Below are positions 42,341-52,800 of a stretch of 64,000 nt of DNA, in pieces. The stretch lies in the NCBI GenBank assembly GCA_965243135.1, contig OZ251539.1:832001-896000 (forward strand), read 5' to 3'. Each line of letters starts with the position of its first letter. The first letter of the stretch is position 1. The notes beneath the pieces are model-generated. The model was given only the letters and a program-made list of their open reading frames with translations, was not told the DNA's origin and made no database searches. The DNA comes from Alphaproteobacteria bacterium. GTDB lineage: Bacteria; Pseudomonadota; Alphaproteobacteria; MPNO01; UBA830. Position numbers and translations under genes: made by a program.

Positions 42341-43561
42341 ATGGTCAAGGTCATCGTACAGTTCTATCCGGTCATTCGCGCGGAGAGCGCCGAGGAACGT
42401 CGGCAGCTTCGCCCTATCGGCCGCAACCGCGAGCGCTACCAGGAAGCGATGGCGGGAATGCCGGATATCGTCCGCGCAATGGACGAAGCGGGATGCTGGG
42501 GAATCTCGGTCATCGAGCATCACTTCCACTCGGAAGGCTACGAGGTCGGACCCTCCATCGGCATTCACAACGGCTACTGGGCGGCGCTGACGAACAGGTT
42601 GAACGTCGGCAGCCTCGGCTACGTGATGTCGGTGGACGATCCGATAAGGGTCGCCGAGGAAACCGCCATTCTCGACCACCTGACCCAGGGGCGCTGCTTC
42701 GTCGGCTTCGCCCGCGGCTACCAGTCGCGCTGGACCAACGTGCTGGGCCAGAAGATCGGCGGACGCGCGACCCTGTCCGACAAGAGCGCGGACGACGAGC
42801 GCAATCGCGACATTTTCGAGGAACAGGTCGGCATCGTTCTCAAGGCGTGGACCGAGGATTCCTTCGACTATAAGAGCGATCTCTGGGAATATCCCTATCC
42901 TCACGACAGCGGCGTCGAAGGCTGGTTCATGGGCGAATCGACCCGCCGGCTGGGCGCTCCCGGCGAGATGGACGAGAACGGCGCGCTGCGCAGGATCAGC
43001 GTCGTGCCGGCGCCCTACACGCGGCCCCATCCCAAGGTTTTCGTCGCTTCGAACGCGTCGATCGAAACGGTCGAATACGCCGGCCGGCACGGTTTCGTGC
43101 CGACCTACTTCTCCAGCATCGGCCGCTGCGCCCATTACGGGCCGCGCTATACCGAGATCGCCAACGCCCATGGCTTCGGCTTCGCGCCCGGCCAGAACCA
43201 GGCGATCGTGCGCTGGCCTCATATCGGCGCGACGCGAGAAGAGGGCGAGCGCCTCGCCCTCGACTGGTCGGGCGACATCTTCATGAATTTCTACGGACCG
43301 CTGTTCCCCGACTGGACGGAAAAGAAGGGCGGCGGGACGGATTCCGAAATACTGGATCTGATGAGCGAAACCGGAATGTTCCAGTTCGGCTCGGTTTCGG
43401 AAGTCCGCGACCACTACGTCGCGCAATGGAAGCAGTTGCCGGCGGAATACGTCACGCTGATCTATCACTACGCCCAGGCGCCGAAGGAGGCCGTGATCGG
43501 GAACATCCGCGTCTTCATGGAGGAGATCAAGCCGGCGCTCGACGAACTGACCGGGCCGTAG
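42341..43561 (+). CDS. LLM-class flavin-dependent oxidoreductase
   Basis: IEHHFHSEG, DPIRVAEETAILDHLTQGR and PYTRPHP motifs. Confidence 0.9.
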   Translation: MVKVIVQFYPVIRAESAEERRQLRPIGRNRERYQEAMAGMPDIVRAMDEAGCWGISVIEHHFHSEGYEVGPSIGIHNGYWAALTNRLNVGSLGYVMSVDDPIRVAEETAILDHLTQGRCFVGFARGYQSRWTNVLGQKIGGRATLSDKSADDERNRDIFEEQVGIVLKAWTEDSFDYKSDLWEYPYPHDSGVEGWFMGESTRRLGAPGEMDENGALRRISVVPAPYTRPHPKVFVASNASIETVEYAGRHGFVPTYFSSIGRCAHYGPRYTEIANAHGFGFAPGQNQAIVRWPHIGATREEGERLALDWSGDIFMNFYGPLFPDWTEKKGGGTDSEILDLMSETGMFQFGSVSEVRDHYVAQWKQLPAEYVTLIYHYAQAPKEAVIGNIRVFMEEIKPALDELTGP

Positions 43562-43667
43562 CCGGCGGTTCGCGCGCTCTCGACATTGCGCGCGAATGGC
43601 GGTTTACTGTCCGCGTTGCCGCAAGGGCGAACGGCTCGCGGCAAGAACGAAAAAAGGGGGAGACGAC

Positions 43668-45101
43668 ATGAACAAGTACATTGTCCTGGCGGCATGCCTG
43701 AGCGTTGCGGCGCCGGCCGTCGCGCAACAGGATCCGGTGGCCCAGCGCGCGGTGGACGGCGCCAAGGCCTACGTCGCGAAGAACAATCTCGAGAATCCCA
43801 AGCTCGACGTGCTGCTCAATTCGCTGTACCGGAACTCGTTTCCGGACTTCGCCGCCGAATGGAAGGAACTGACCGGCGTCGAAGTCGCTTCGGAGCCCCT
43901 CGGCTACACCGACATACCGAGCAAGGTGATGGGCGAATCCGTCGCCAAGACCGGCGCGTTCGACATCTTCAACGACTTTCCCTACACGCAGCCCGACGCG
44001 GCGAGCGCCGGGGTGCTGCGTCCGCTCGACGAGTACGCGGCGAAGTACAAGCCTGACTTCAGCGGCATTCCGGAGGCCTTCGTCGCGCAGCAGTACTACA
44101 ACGGCAAGCAGTACAGCTTCGTTCTCGACGGCGACCACATCATCCTCGTTTTGCGCAAGGACATCGTCGAAAATCCGAAGGCGCGCGCCGAGTTCAAGGC
44201 GGCGACCGGCAAGGAGCTGGGTTGTCCGGCGAACATGGCGGATTGGGAGGAACAGGCGAAGTTCTTCCATACCAAGGCCGGCCAGACGCGCTGGGGGATG
44301 ACCTTCGAGAAACCGCTCTACGGCGCCATGGGCTACCGCTCGGTGAATTTCTCGCACCGGCACTTTCCGGCGTATTTCGGGGGGTTGCTCTTCGACAAGG
44401 ACATGAAGCCGCGGATCAACACGCCGCAGGGCGTCAAGGCCGTCAAGGCGTTCGCCTCGATCGTCCGTTACATGCCGGAGGACATACAGGGCTGGGGCAC
44501 GCCGCAGATATACCCGTTCTGGGGCAGCGGACAGGCCTATTCCGTGATGTCGTTTCCTTCGATTTTCGGTTACGGCAACGCGAACCCGAAAAGCCTGGTC
44601 AAGAACAAGCAGCTTCCCTGCGTGATTCCCCAGGCGGCGGGCGCGCCGGTGCGCCGCGCGGCCGAGGCCGCGGGCACGAGCTACATGGTGAACGCCTACA
44701 GCGATCACCCGGAACTCGCCTACCTGTTCATCCAGTGGCTGACCAGCCCGTCGGTGGGAAATCGGGCGATCGCCCATCCCAAAGGCTTCTGGGATCCGTT
44801 CCGCAAGCAGAACCTGGGAGTGCCGGGCATCGTGAAGAAGTTTTCCAACGAGTTCCTCGAGACCACGATGGAGAACGCCCAGTACACCACGTCGCTGCTC
44901 TATATCGAGGGCCATTACGAGTACATGAAGATCCTCGACAACAATCTCGCCGCCGTGATGAACGGCAACGTCGCCGCGGAACAGGCGGCGGCGGCGATCG
45001 AGAAGGGCTGGAACGACGTGACGGAAGACATCGGGCGCGACAACCAGATCGAGGTCTGGCGCAAGGGCGTGGAGGCCGGTCTGTACGTTGACAGGTTGTA
45101 G
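43668..45101 (+). CDS. ABC transporter extracellular solute-binding protein (CUT1-like)
   Basis: Signal peptide ending AVA; first gene of a SBP-permease-permease-ATPase operon. Confidence 0.88.
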   Translation: MNKYIVLAACLSVAAPAVAQQDPVAQRAVDGAKAYVAKNNLENPKLDVLLNSLYRNSFPDFAAEWKELTGVEVASEPLGYTDIPSKVMGESVAKTGAFDIFNDFPYTQPDAASAGVLRPLDEYAAKYKPDFSGIPEAFVAQQYYNGKQYSFVLDGDHIILVLRKDIVENPKARAEFKAATGKELGCPANMADWEEQAKFFHTKAGQTRWGMTFEKPLYGAMGYRSVNFSHRHFPAYFGGLLFDKDMKPRINTPQGVKAVKAFASIVRYMPEDIQGWGTPQIYPFWGSGQAYSVMSFPSIFGYGNANPKSLVKNKQLPCVIPQAAGAPVRRAAEAAGTSYMVNAYSDHPELAYLFIQWLTSPSVGNRAIAHPKGFWDPFRKQNLGVPGIVKKFSNEFLETTMENAQYTTSLLYIEGHYEYMKILDNNLAAVMNGNVAAEQAAAAIEKGWNDVTEDIGRDNQIEVWRKGVEAGLYVDRL

Positions 45102-45160
45102 GGGCCTGCTCCGCGGCGCGGGCGCGCCTCCGGCGTTCCCGCGCCGCGGATAACGCCGTC

Positions 45161-46111
45161 ATGGCGGCGAAAGGGCAGGGACCGGCGGGACGGTTCGGGG
45201 CCTGGCTGGCCCGCGAACGGGTTTTCAAGTGGATCCCGTTCGTTCTTGTCGAGGGCACGTTCGTCCTCGTTATCATCGTGCCGTTCCTGCTCACGGTCTA
45301 CATCAGCTTTCTGCGCTGGCGCGCCAACCGGCCGTTCGAACAGGCCTATCTGTCGGGGTTCCGCAACTACGAAGCCGTTCTGAGCGACGCGGGCTTCTGG
45401 GCCGCTTTGGGCCGCACGTTCTACTTCGCCGGCTTCGCGGTCGTTTTCGAACTGATCGTCGGTTTCGTGCTGGCCATGCTGGTCCATCGCGTGACGCGCG
45501 GCCGGCGCTTCTACATCACCGTATTCCTCATTCCGATGATGGTGGTTCCGGTCGTCGTCGGCTACAATTTCTCGATGATCTATCTGGACAGCGGGCCGCT
45601 GAACCAGCTTCTCGCGCCGGTCCTCCAGCTCTTCGACGTCAACCCCCGCATCCGGTGGCTGTCCGATCCGCTCGCCGCGCAGTGGGCGATCATTCTCGCA
45701 GACGTCTGGCAATGGACCTCGCTCACTTTCCTGATATTCCTGTCCGGTTTTTCGGCGCTTCCTCCCCAGCTCGGCAACGCCGCCCGCATCATGGGCGCCA
45801 GTCCGACGCAGATCTTCTTGTGGGTCGAGCTGCCCTTGCTGAAGCCCGCGATCGTCATCGCGATCGTGATCCGGTCGATGGAAGCGCTGAAGCTGTTCGA
45901 CCCGGTCGTCCTCCTGACCTTCGGCGGACCCGGCACTTCGACCCAGACCGTCGCCTACTATCTGTGGGAACAGGTCTGGCAGTTCAACAAGTTCGGCTTC
46001 GGGGCGGCGGCCTCGGTCCTGCTGCTGATCCTGTTCTCGGCGCTGATCTTCTTCGGCATCTATCTGCTTGTCCGCCAGCGTCCCGCCGCCGAACGCGGAG
46101 CGTCGCGATGA
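45161..46111 (+). CDS. Carbohydrate-type ABC permease
   Basis: DVWQWT and EAA-like NAARIMGAS motifs; LTFGGPG. Confidence 0.92.
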   Translation: MAAKGQGPAGRFGAWLARERVFKWIPFVLVEGTFVLVIIVPFLLTVYISFLRWRANRPFEQAYLSGFRNYEAVLSDAGFWAALGRTFYFAGFAVVFELIVGFVLAMLVHRVTRGRRFYITVFLIPMMVVPVVVGYNFSMIYLDSGPLNQLLAPVLQLFDVNPRIRWLSDPLAAQWAIILADVWQWTSLTFLIFLSGFSALPPQLGNAARIMGASPTQIFLWVELPLLKPAIVIAIVIRSMEALKLFDPVVLLTFGGPGTSTQTVAYYLWEQVWQFNKFGFGAAASVLLLILFSALIFFGIYLLVRQRPAAERGASR

Positions 46112-47043
46112 AGGGCGACCGCGCGCGCCGCGTCCGCAGGCGGCGCCGCACGGCCGCGGGGCGTCACGCGGTTTTGATCGCCTGGGCGCTCGCCATCATG
46201 TTTCCCATCTACTGGATGGTGCAGACTTCCTTCAAGGACTCCGGAGAATGGGTGACATGGCCGCCGCACTGGCTGCCGCACGACCCGACGCTGAAGAACT
46301 ACGACCAGATATTCGCGGTCGACGTTTCCCGCGCCGGGGTCGCGCGCGAGGCGACGGAACAACCTTTCAACATCTGGGGATCCCTGGCGGATTCGCTCCT
46401 GATCTGCACGATATCGTCGCTCGCCGCGCTGTTCATGGGCGCGTTCCTCGCCTACGCGATCTCGCGGTTCGGAGTCGGCGGGCGGCAGTTCCGCCACATG
46501 GTGCTGACGATCCGGATGATCCCCCCGATCGTGATCGCCATTCCGCTGCTGATGTACTACGCGATCATGATACCGATCGGGACGGAGGCGATTCTCGGAA
46601 CCCGGATCAGCCTGTTCGACACGCGCACCGGCATGAGCCTGCTGTACATAACCATCACGCTGCCGTTCGTGATCTGGATGATGCTGAGTTTCATCGACGA
46701 GGTTCCCTACACGCTCGAGCACGCCGCCAGAATCATGGGCGCCGGCCGGCTGTACACGCTGCGGCGGGTGGTGCTTCCTCTGGTGGCTTCGGGCATGGTC
46801 GTCACCTTTCTGTTCGTGTTCATTTTGAACTGGGCCGAGTTCCTGCTGGCGCTGACGTTGACCCATCCGGACGTCGCGACGTTGCCCGTCCTTCTGAACA
46901 AGTTTCAGAGCGCGTCCGAAGGCCGCCTCTACGGTCCCCAGGCCGCGATCGGCACCGTCATCACGATTCCGGTGGTCGTTCTCGGCGTCCTGATCCAGAA
47001 GCATCTGATCAGGGGCTTCAGTTTCGGCACGATCAGGAAATAG
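46108..47043 (+). CDS. Carbohydrate-type ABC permease
   Basis: ATGA coupling; RMIPP, LEHAARIMGA and NWAEFL motifs. Confidence 0.92.
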   Translation: MKGDRARRVRRRRRTAAGRHAVLIAWALAIMFPIYWMVQTSFKDSGEWVTWPPHWLPHDPTLKNYDQIFAVDVSRAGVAREATEQPFNIWGSLADSLLICTISSLAALFMGAFLAYAISRFGVGGRQFRHMVLTIRMIPPIVIAIPLLMYYAIMIPIGTEAILGTRISLFDTRTGMSLLYITITLPFVIWMMLSFIDEVPYTLEHAARIMGAGRLYTLRRVVLPLVASGMVVTFLFVFILNWAEFLLALTLTHPDVATLPVLLNKFQSASEGRLYGPQAAIGTVITIPVVVLGVLIQKHLIRGFSFGTIRK

Positions 47044-47053
47044 GAGAAGCGCC

Positions 47054-48112
47054 GTGGCGGGAATCAGACTCGACGGGGTAGTCAAGGCGTTCGGCGATTT
47101 CGTGGCCGTGAAGGGCGTCAGCCTGGACGTGCGGGACGGGGAATTCCTGATCATGGTGGGACCGTCGGGCTGCGGCAAGACCACGACCCTCAACATGATT
47201 TCCGGACTCGAAACCCCGACGAGCGGCGAGATCGCGATCGGCGACCGGATCGTGAACGACGTGGAGCCGGGCGAGCGCGGGCTGGGAATGGTGTTCCAGG
47301 ACCTCGCCCTGTTTCCCCATATGACGGTATTCGAAAACATCGCCTTCGGCCTGCGCGCCAGAAGGAGGCCGGTCGACGAGATCGACCGGCGCGTGCGCGC
47401 CGCGGCCGACGCCATGCACATCCTGCCCTTGCTCGACAAGCGGCCCGCCCAGTGCTCGGGCGGCGAGGCGCAGCGCGTCGCGCTGGCCCGGACCATCGTT
47501 CACGACCCGGCCGTGTTCCTGATGGACGAGCCGCTGTCCAGCCTCGACGCGAAACTGCGGGTCGACATGCGCACCGAACTCAAGGCGCTTCACGAGCGGC
47601 TCGGCGCGACCTTCGTCTACGTGACCCACGACCAGGCAGAAGCGATGACCATGGCCGACCGGATCGTCGTCATGAACGGCGGCCGGATCGAGCAGCTCGG
47701 CGGTCCCCTCGACATCTATCGCAAGCCGGCCAGCCGCTTCGTCGCCGGGTTCTTCGGAATGCCGACCATGAATTTTCTGGACGGAGACATCGCCGCGGAG
47801 AACGGCGCGCCGGTCTTCGCGGGCGAGCGGATCAGAAGCCCGCTGGCCGCGGACTTGCCCGGAAGCCTGGCCGGCCGCAAGGTGACCCTTGGCGTGCGCT
47901 CGGAGCACGTGGTCGCCGGTCCGACGACCGGCGAGGTTCGCCTGATCGAGCCGCTCGGCGATTCCACGCTCGTCTTCTTCGACTGCGGGACGCGTCTCGT
48001 CGCGAAAGTGGATCCGGACAGTTCGTTGCGTCCGGGCGACGAGTTCGACTTCGGGTTCGACCCCGCGAACTGCCATCTGTTCGATCGCGGCAGCGGCGAA
48101 AGGCTGAACTGA
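47054..48112 (+). CDS. ABC transporter ATP-binding protein (MalK-like)
   Basis: GPSGCGKT, SGGEAQR, LMDEPLSSLD and YVTHDQ motifs; TOBE tail. Confidence 0.95.
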   Translation: MAGIRLDGVVKAFGDFVAVKGVSLDVRDGEFLIMVGPSGCGKTTTLNMISGLETPTSGEIAIGDRIVNDVEPGERGLGMVFQDLALFPHMTVFENIAFGLRARRRPVDEIDRRVRAAADAMHILPLLDKRPAQCSGGEAQRVALARTIVHDPAVFLMDEPLSSLDAKLRVDMRTELKALHERLGATFVYVTHDQAEAMTMADRIVVMNGGRIEQLGGPLDIYRKPASRFVAGFFGMPTMNFLDGDIAAENGAPVFAGERIRSPLAADLPGSLAGRKVTLGVRSEHVVAGPTTGEVRLIEPLGDSTLVFFDCGTRLVAKVDPDSSLRPGDEFDFGFDPANCHLFDRGSGERLN

Positions 48113-48117
48113 CGAAT

Positions 48118-49188
48118 TCAGGCCGCGGGCGGCCTGCCGCGCCAGGCGTCTTCGAGCAGATCCCGGATCGCGTCGCGCTCGTAGGCCCGGCGATTGAAAT
48201 ACCGGTCGATCATGGCCTTGTCCGCGGCCTCGTCGAGCGCCCGGTAGGGCAGGCCCAAATCCTTCAGGCCGGTCGCCGCGCCGCTGCGCTCCAGCAGCCG
48301 GAAGAGGGCGTCCGGCGCGTCCGGGGCCCCGAGGGCGCGGGCGATTCTCCGCATCGCCTCAGGAGCGGCGGCGCGATTGTAGGCGGTGGAATGCGGCAGA
48401 ACGACGGCGTGCGTCGGTCCGTGCGGAAGGCCGTGCCCCGTTCCGAGAACGTGAACGATCTTGTGATGGATGGTCGTGCCGGCCGACATCACCGTGAGGC
48501 CGCACAGCCACGATCCGTAAAGCGCCCGCCCGCGCGCCTCCACGTTCGCCGGATCTTCGGAGATGCCGGCCAGCGCCGACGACATCGCGGCGATTCCCGC
48601 CTCGGCGAACAGCTCGGCGACGGGATTGGCGCGTTCGCCGAGAAAGGAGCCGACAGCGTGCGAGATCGCGTTGAAACCGCTGGGAATCGATACGTCGAGG
48701 GGGAGGTCCACCGTCAGTTCGGGGTCGTAGATCAGGCACTTCGGCAGCATTCGCATGGACCGGTAGTTGGTCCGGACGCCGTCGCGGCCGACGATGCCCT
48801 GCAGCGCCGTCGTTTCGGAACCGGAATAGGTCGTGGCGATGCCGACGATGGGAATGTCGAGTTCGAGGGCGATCGCCTTCGCGAGACCGACGGAGGAGCC
48901 GCCGCCGAAGGAAATCAGGCAATCGGCCCCCAGATTCGCCGCCGCTTTCCGGCCTGTTTCGACGGCCTCCAGGGGCACGAAGATCGCGGCCTTGTCGCAG
49001 ATGCCGGCGATTCGGTCTCCTGCTTCGCGCGCCAGCGTCTCGACCGCGGCGCGGCGGCGGGACGTGCAGCAGAACATCGCGCGCCGGGCGCCGATCCGAT
49101 CAAGTTCGTCGCCGAGCGCTCCCACGCAGCCGGCGCCGTGAAGAACGCGGTAAGGCAGACCCGAATAAGTGAACGGGGGAACCATCAT
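48118..49188 (-). CDS. Maleylacetate reductase (Fe-ADH family)
   Basis: GGGSSVGLAKAIAL, TTYSGSE, YDPELT, SGFNAISH and HHKIVHVLG motifs. Confidence 0.9.
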   Translation of the reverse strand: MMVPPFTYSGLPYRVLHGAGCVGALGDELDRIGARRAMFCCTSRRRAAVETLAREAGDRIAGICDKAAIFVPLEAVETGRKAAANLGADCLISFGGGSSVGLAKAIALELDIPIVGIATTYSGSETTALQGIVGRDGVRTNYRSMRMLPKCLIYDPELTVDLPLDVSIPSGFNAISHAVGSFLGERANPVAELFAEAGIAAMSSALAGISEDPANVEARGRALYGSWLCGLTVMSAGTTIHHKIVHVLGTGHGLPHGPTHAVVLPHSTAYNRAAAPEAMRRIARALGAPDAPDALFRLLERSGAATGLKDLGLPYRALDEAADKAMIDRYFNRRAYERDAIRDLLEDAWRGRPPAA

Positions 49189-49279
49189 TCGTCGCTCGCC
49201 GGCTGGAGCCGGTCCGCGCGTTGCGGCGGCGGCTGGACGTGTCACAATATCCCGGCTTCACGGCAATCGGAAGGTCGGA

Positions 49280-49672
49280 ATGGACAGGATCGAATCGGAG
49301 TTCGTCGTAAACAGGGCCAAGGACAATCCGTTCGTCGCCGGCGGGCTGAGGACGTATCGCGAATATCGCGACCTCGGCATCGGAAAGGCGACCGGCGGGC
49401 GGGTGCACGCTCATGTCATTCGCACCACGAAGCCCTGTCCGGAAGGGGGGAGCGGGCTTCATTATCACGATGTCGAGTTCCAGATGGTGATGGTGCTGCG
49501 CGGGACCTCCACCGTCTGGTTCGAGGGGCAGGGCGAAGTGACTTTCGAGGCCGGAGACTGCTGGATTCAGCCGCCCCGGATCCGGCACAACGTTCTCCAT
49601 TACTCGGACGATTACGAGGTGCTCGAGATCACGCTTCCCGAGGAATACGAGACAGTGCGACTCGAAGCCTGA
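49280..49672 (+). CDS. Cupin domain protein
   Basis: GLR.Y..YRDLG, HYHD..FQ, GDCW.QPP.IRH and EVLEI..P motifs. Confidence 0.88.
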   Translation: MDRIESEFVVNRAKDNPFVAGGLRTYREYRDLGIGKATGGRVHAHVIRTTKPCPEGGSGLHYHDVEFQMVMVLRGTSTVWFEGQGEVTFEAGDCWIQPPRIRHNVLHYSDDYEVLEITLPEEYETVRLEA

Positions 49673-49775
49673 CGGGCCGCCGAGTCTTGCATCGTTCACG
49701 GACTACGTTTACACATGCGAGCAGAATCTTGGCGAGGGTTCCGAAGATGACTGGAAGCACTGACCGCATAATGTT

Positions 49776-49794
49776 CCCCCCCCCCCCCCCCCCC
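49776..49794 (+). repeat. Poly-C homopolymer (C19), candidate phase-variation tract
   Basis: Seen directly, right after ATG TT at 49771 and 97 bp upstream of the autotransporter ATG. Confidence 0.92.
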
Positions 49795-49891
49795 GCATGC
49801 GCGGTTCCGGAGGCCCGCGCTCCGGAAGCGGCGAAGCCCGGCCGCTCGGGCCAGGCCTCCTTCTCCGGCCCGTCCTCCCGGGCGAAGGCGC

Positions 49892-52800
49892 ATGACGCGG
49901 CGGGAGCGTTCGTTTCCGGCGCGCTGGGCGCTGCTCGCGGCGGCGGCGCTGCTCCTCGCGCCGGGGGAGGCGCGGGCGGTGTCGGAATGCGGGTCGGCGA
50001 TCCACCTCCCCATCACCTGCACGGACACGTCGTATCCCGACGGCATCTTCTACGGAGGGTCGGACGATAACAACCATCCGCGGGGCAACGGTCCAATCAA
50101 CGTCGCGGGCAGCAGCACCGCGACGACCACCATCACGAGCACCTCGAGGATGGTCGTCTCGGGCGGGACCACGACGACCTCGCCGTCGGTCGGCATCTAC
50201 GTGTACGGCCTCGGGGGCTCGCGTCAGTGGAACGATCTCAACGTCGGGGTCACCGTCGACTCGATGGGCGAGATGACGGACGCCGGCCACGTCGTGAACA
50301 TCGTCCAGGGGACGAGCACGAACAACGCCGCCGACCGGAACAACGGCATCTACTTCCAACACCGAAACCAGATGGGGGACTCGACGGTGAGGGTGGGACG
50401 CGGGGTGACCATCGGCTCGGAGACCACCCCGATGCAGCAGAACGGCATCTTCTACCATCCGCGCGGCCTCTCCTCCTGGGGCGCCGGCAAGGCCACCCTC
50501 ATCAGCGCGGCGACGATCTTCGCCGCCAAGCAGGGCATCCGGCTCTTCAGGAATCCCTCGAACGTCTACCATCCCTCCTTCATGCGCATCAGCGACACGA
50601 GCATCACGAACAGCGGCGCCATCCGCTCGGGGGAGGAGGGCGTCTATCTGTATTTCGCCGGACCCGCCGGGGGGGCCATCCACCTCGGCGACGCGACCAT
50701 CACCAACACCGGCGCCATCACGGTGTCGGGCGCGAAATACGGCATCTTCATGGACTACCGGGGCTACGGCGCCACCGAGATCGACAACGCGGGGACCATC
50801 GCCGCGGCGACGGGGTCGGGCATCCATCTCGCCCATAACAACAACGGCGCCGCCACGCTGACGAACCGCGGCGCCGTCGACGCGGCCACCGTCGGCCTCC
50901 GGCTTGGCAAGTACAACGGCGCGGGCACGGTCACGTTCACGAACAGCGGCCGCGTCACGGTGACGGCCGACGCGGCGGCGGGCGTCGGGCACGCCCTCTG
51001 GCTGTGGGAGGGCGGCCTCGCCACCGGCGGCCCCGCCACGATCACCAACCGCGGCGTCCTGAGCTCGGAGAACCACGCCCTCTTCGCGGAGATAAGCCCG
51101 GCGAACGCGGCCGCCCTCACGCTCACGAACTCCGGCGCCGTCGCGTCGGAGGACGGGGACGGCATCCGGCTCGCGCGGGGCGTCGAGGGCGACGTCACGT
51201 TCGCGAACGGCGGCACGTCCACGACCGGCGGCGACGTCTCGGGGCGGTGGCACGGCGTCTACGTCGGCAAGGCGGCGCGGATCGACTTCGACCAGACGGC
51301 GGGGACGATTTCGGGCCGCACGGGCGTCTACCTCGAGGTCACGCGCGAAAACGCGATGGGCGATACGCGCACCGAGGACGCCGACGGGAATCACGTGCCT
51401 GCGATCGACGTCGACTGGACGAGAGGAAGCATCGCGCGCGGGACGGCGGAGAACGACCGGGGCCGCTTCCGGGCGGCGACCGCCGAGCAAGCGCTCTCCT
51501 TCGACCAGGAGTCGGCGGCCGGGAAGGCCCTCGAGGGGACGCTCCACTACGGCGGGCCGGCGGGGATCGAGGTCCACGCCCTGTCCTGGCGCGACGTGGC
51601 GGCGCAGGTGGCGAAGGGCGACGACCCGGGCGCGTTCGCGGACAACGCGGCGCAGATGGCGGCCGTGCCGACGGGCGCCACCGCCAGCAACAACGACTAC
51701 GTCAAGCAGTTCCGGGCGGCGCTCGAAAACGCGGACCTCGCGGTCGCGACGCCGGTCCTCACCGCCATCGGGACCACCGCCACGACCGCCGTGTCCCAAC
51801 TGACCGACACGCAGATCGTGACGTATCTCCAGACGAACGACGCCGACACCAGAATCCTGCTGCGTAACGTCCTGGCGCAGGGCCTCTCGGACAAGGAGAA
51901 GGCAGTGCTGCGGGCGGTGGCGACGGGCGACGCCACGGCCCTCACCAGCGCGCTCAACGACGCGGACGCGGGCTTCCCCAGCGATTACAAGGCGGCGGTG
52001 CAGGCGCTGCTGGAGCGCTACAACGTCGACGACATCCGCATCGCCATGACGGCCGGCTCCATCGACTCGCGCGGCGACGGCATCCGCGCCTACTACGCGA
52101 CGCCCCACGACGACAACGGGGCCATCAGCGTCACCGTCGCCGACGGCGTAACCGTCATCGGCGCCGTTGCGGGCATCTACGCCGCCAACGCGGGCGCCAT
52201 GGGAACCGGTAACGACCGCATCCTGAAGCAGACCGTGACGGTGAACGGCACGGTGACGGGCGGGACGGACGCGGCCGTTTATCTCGCGGGCGGCGGCACG
52301 CTGACCGTCGGCGAGACGGGCAAGGTGCACGCCGGCTCTTCGGGCCGGGCAATCCGGGCCGGCGGGCGGGCGGTCGTTCGCATCGACGGCGAGGTGCGCG
52401 GCGGCCACGGCGACGCGGCGCCTGCGGTGCATCTGGAGGGCGGCGGCAGCAGGCTGACGGTCGGCCCGACGGGACGCGTGGCGCTCAATGACGGGGCCGC
52501 GCTCGCGATCCAGCGCGACGGCACGGAGACCGAGTTGATCGTGGTCCAGGATCCCGACCTCGCCCTCGAAGGCGGCGGGTTCACGCGGACGAGCGTCGAA
52601 GACGCGATCGAGCGGCTGGGCGGCACCGTCGGCGGCGAGGGAGACGGCGACATCGAGGTCGCCGCGGGGGAGCCGCGCCCGCCGAACATCCCCAGCGTAG
52701 TTTTAACTCTCCCTGAGGACGGAACCGCTCTGAAACCCGATAATTCCAGGTACGGCGAGTTGCCGGCGGCAAGGGACCTGGATCCGGAAAGCGGCGATGT

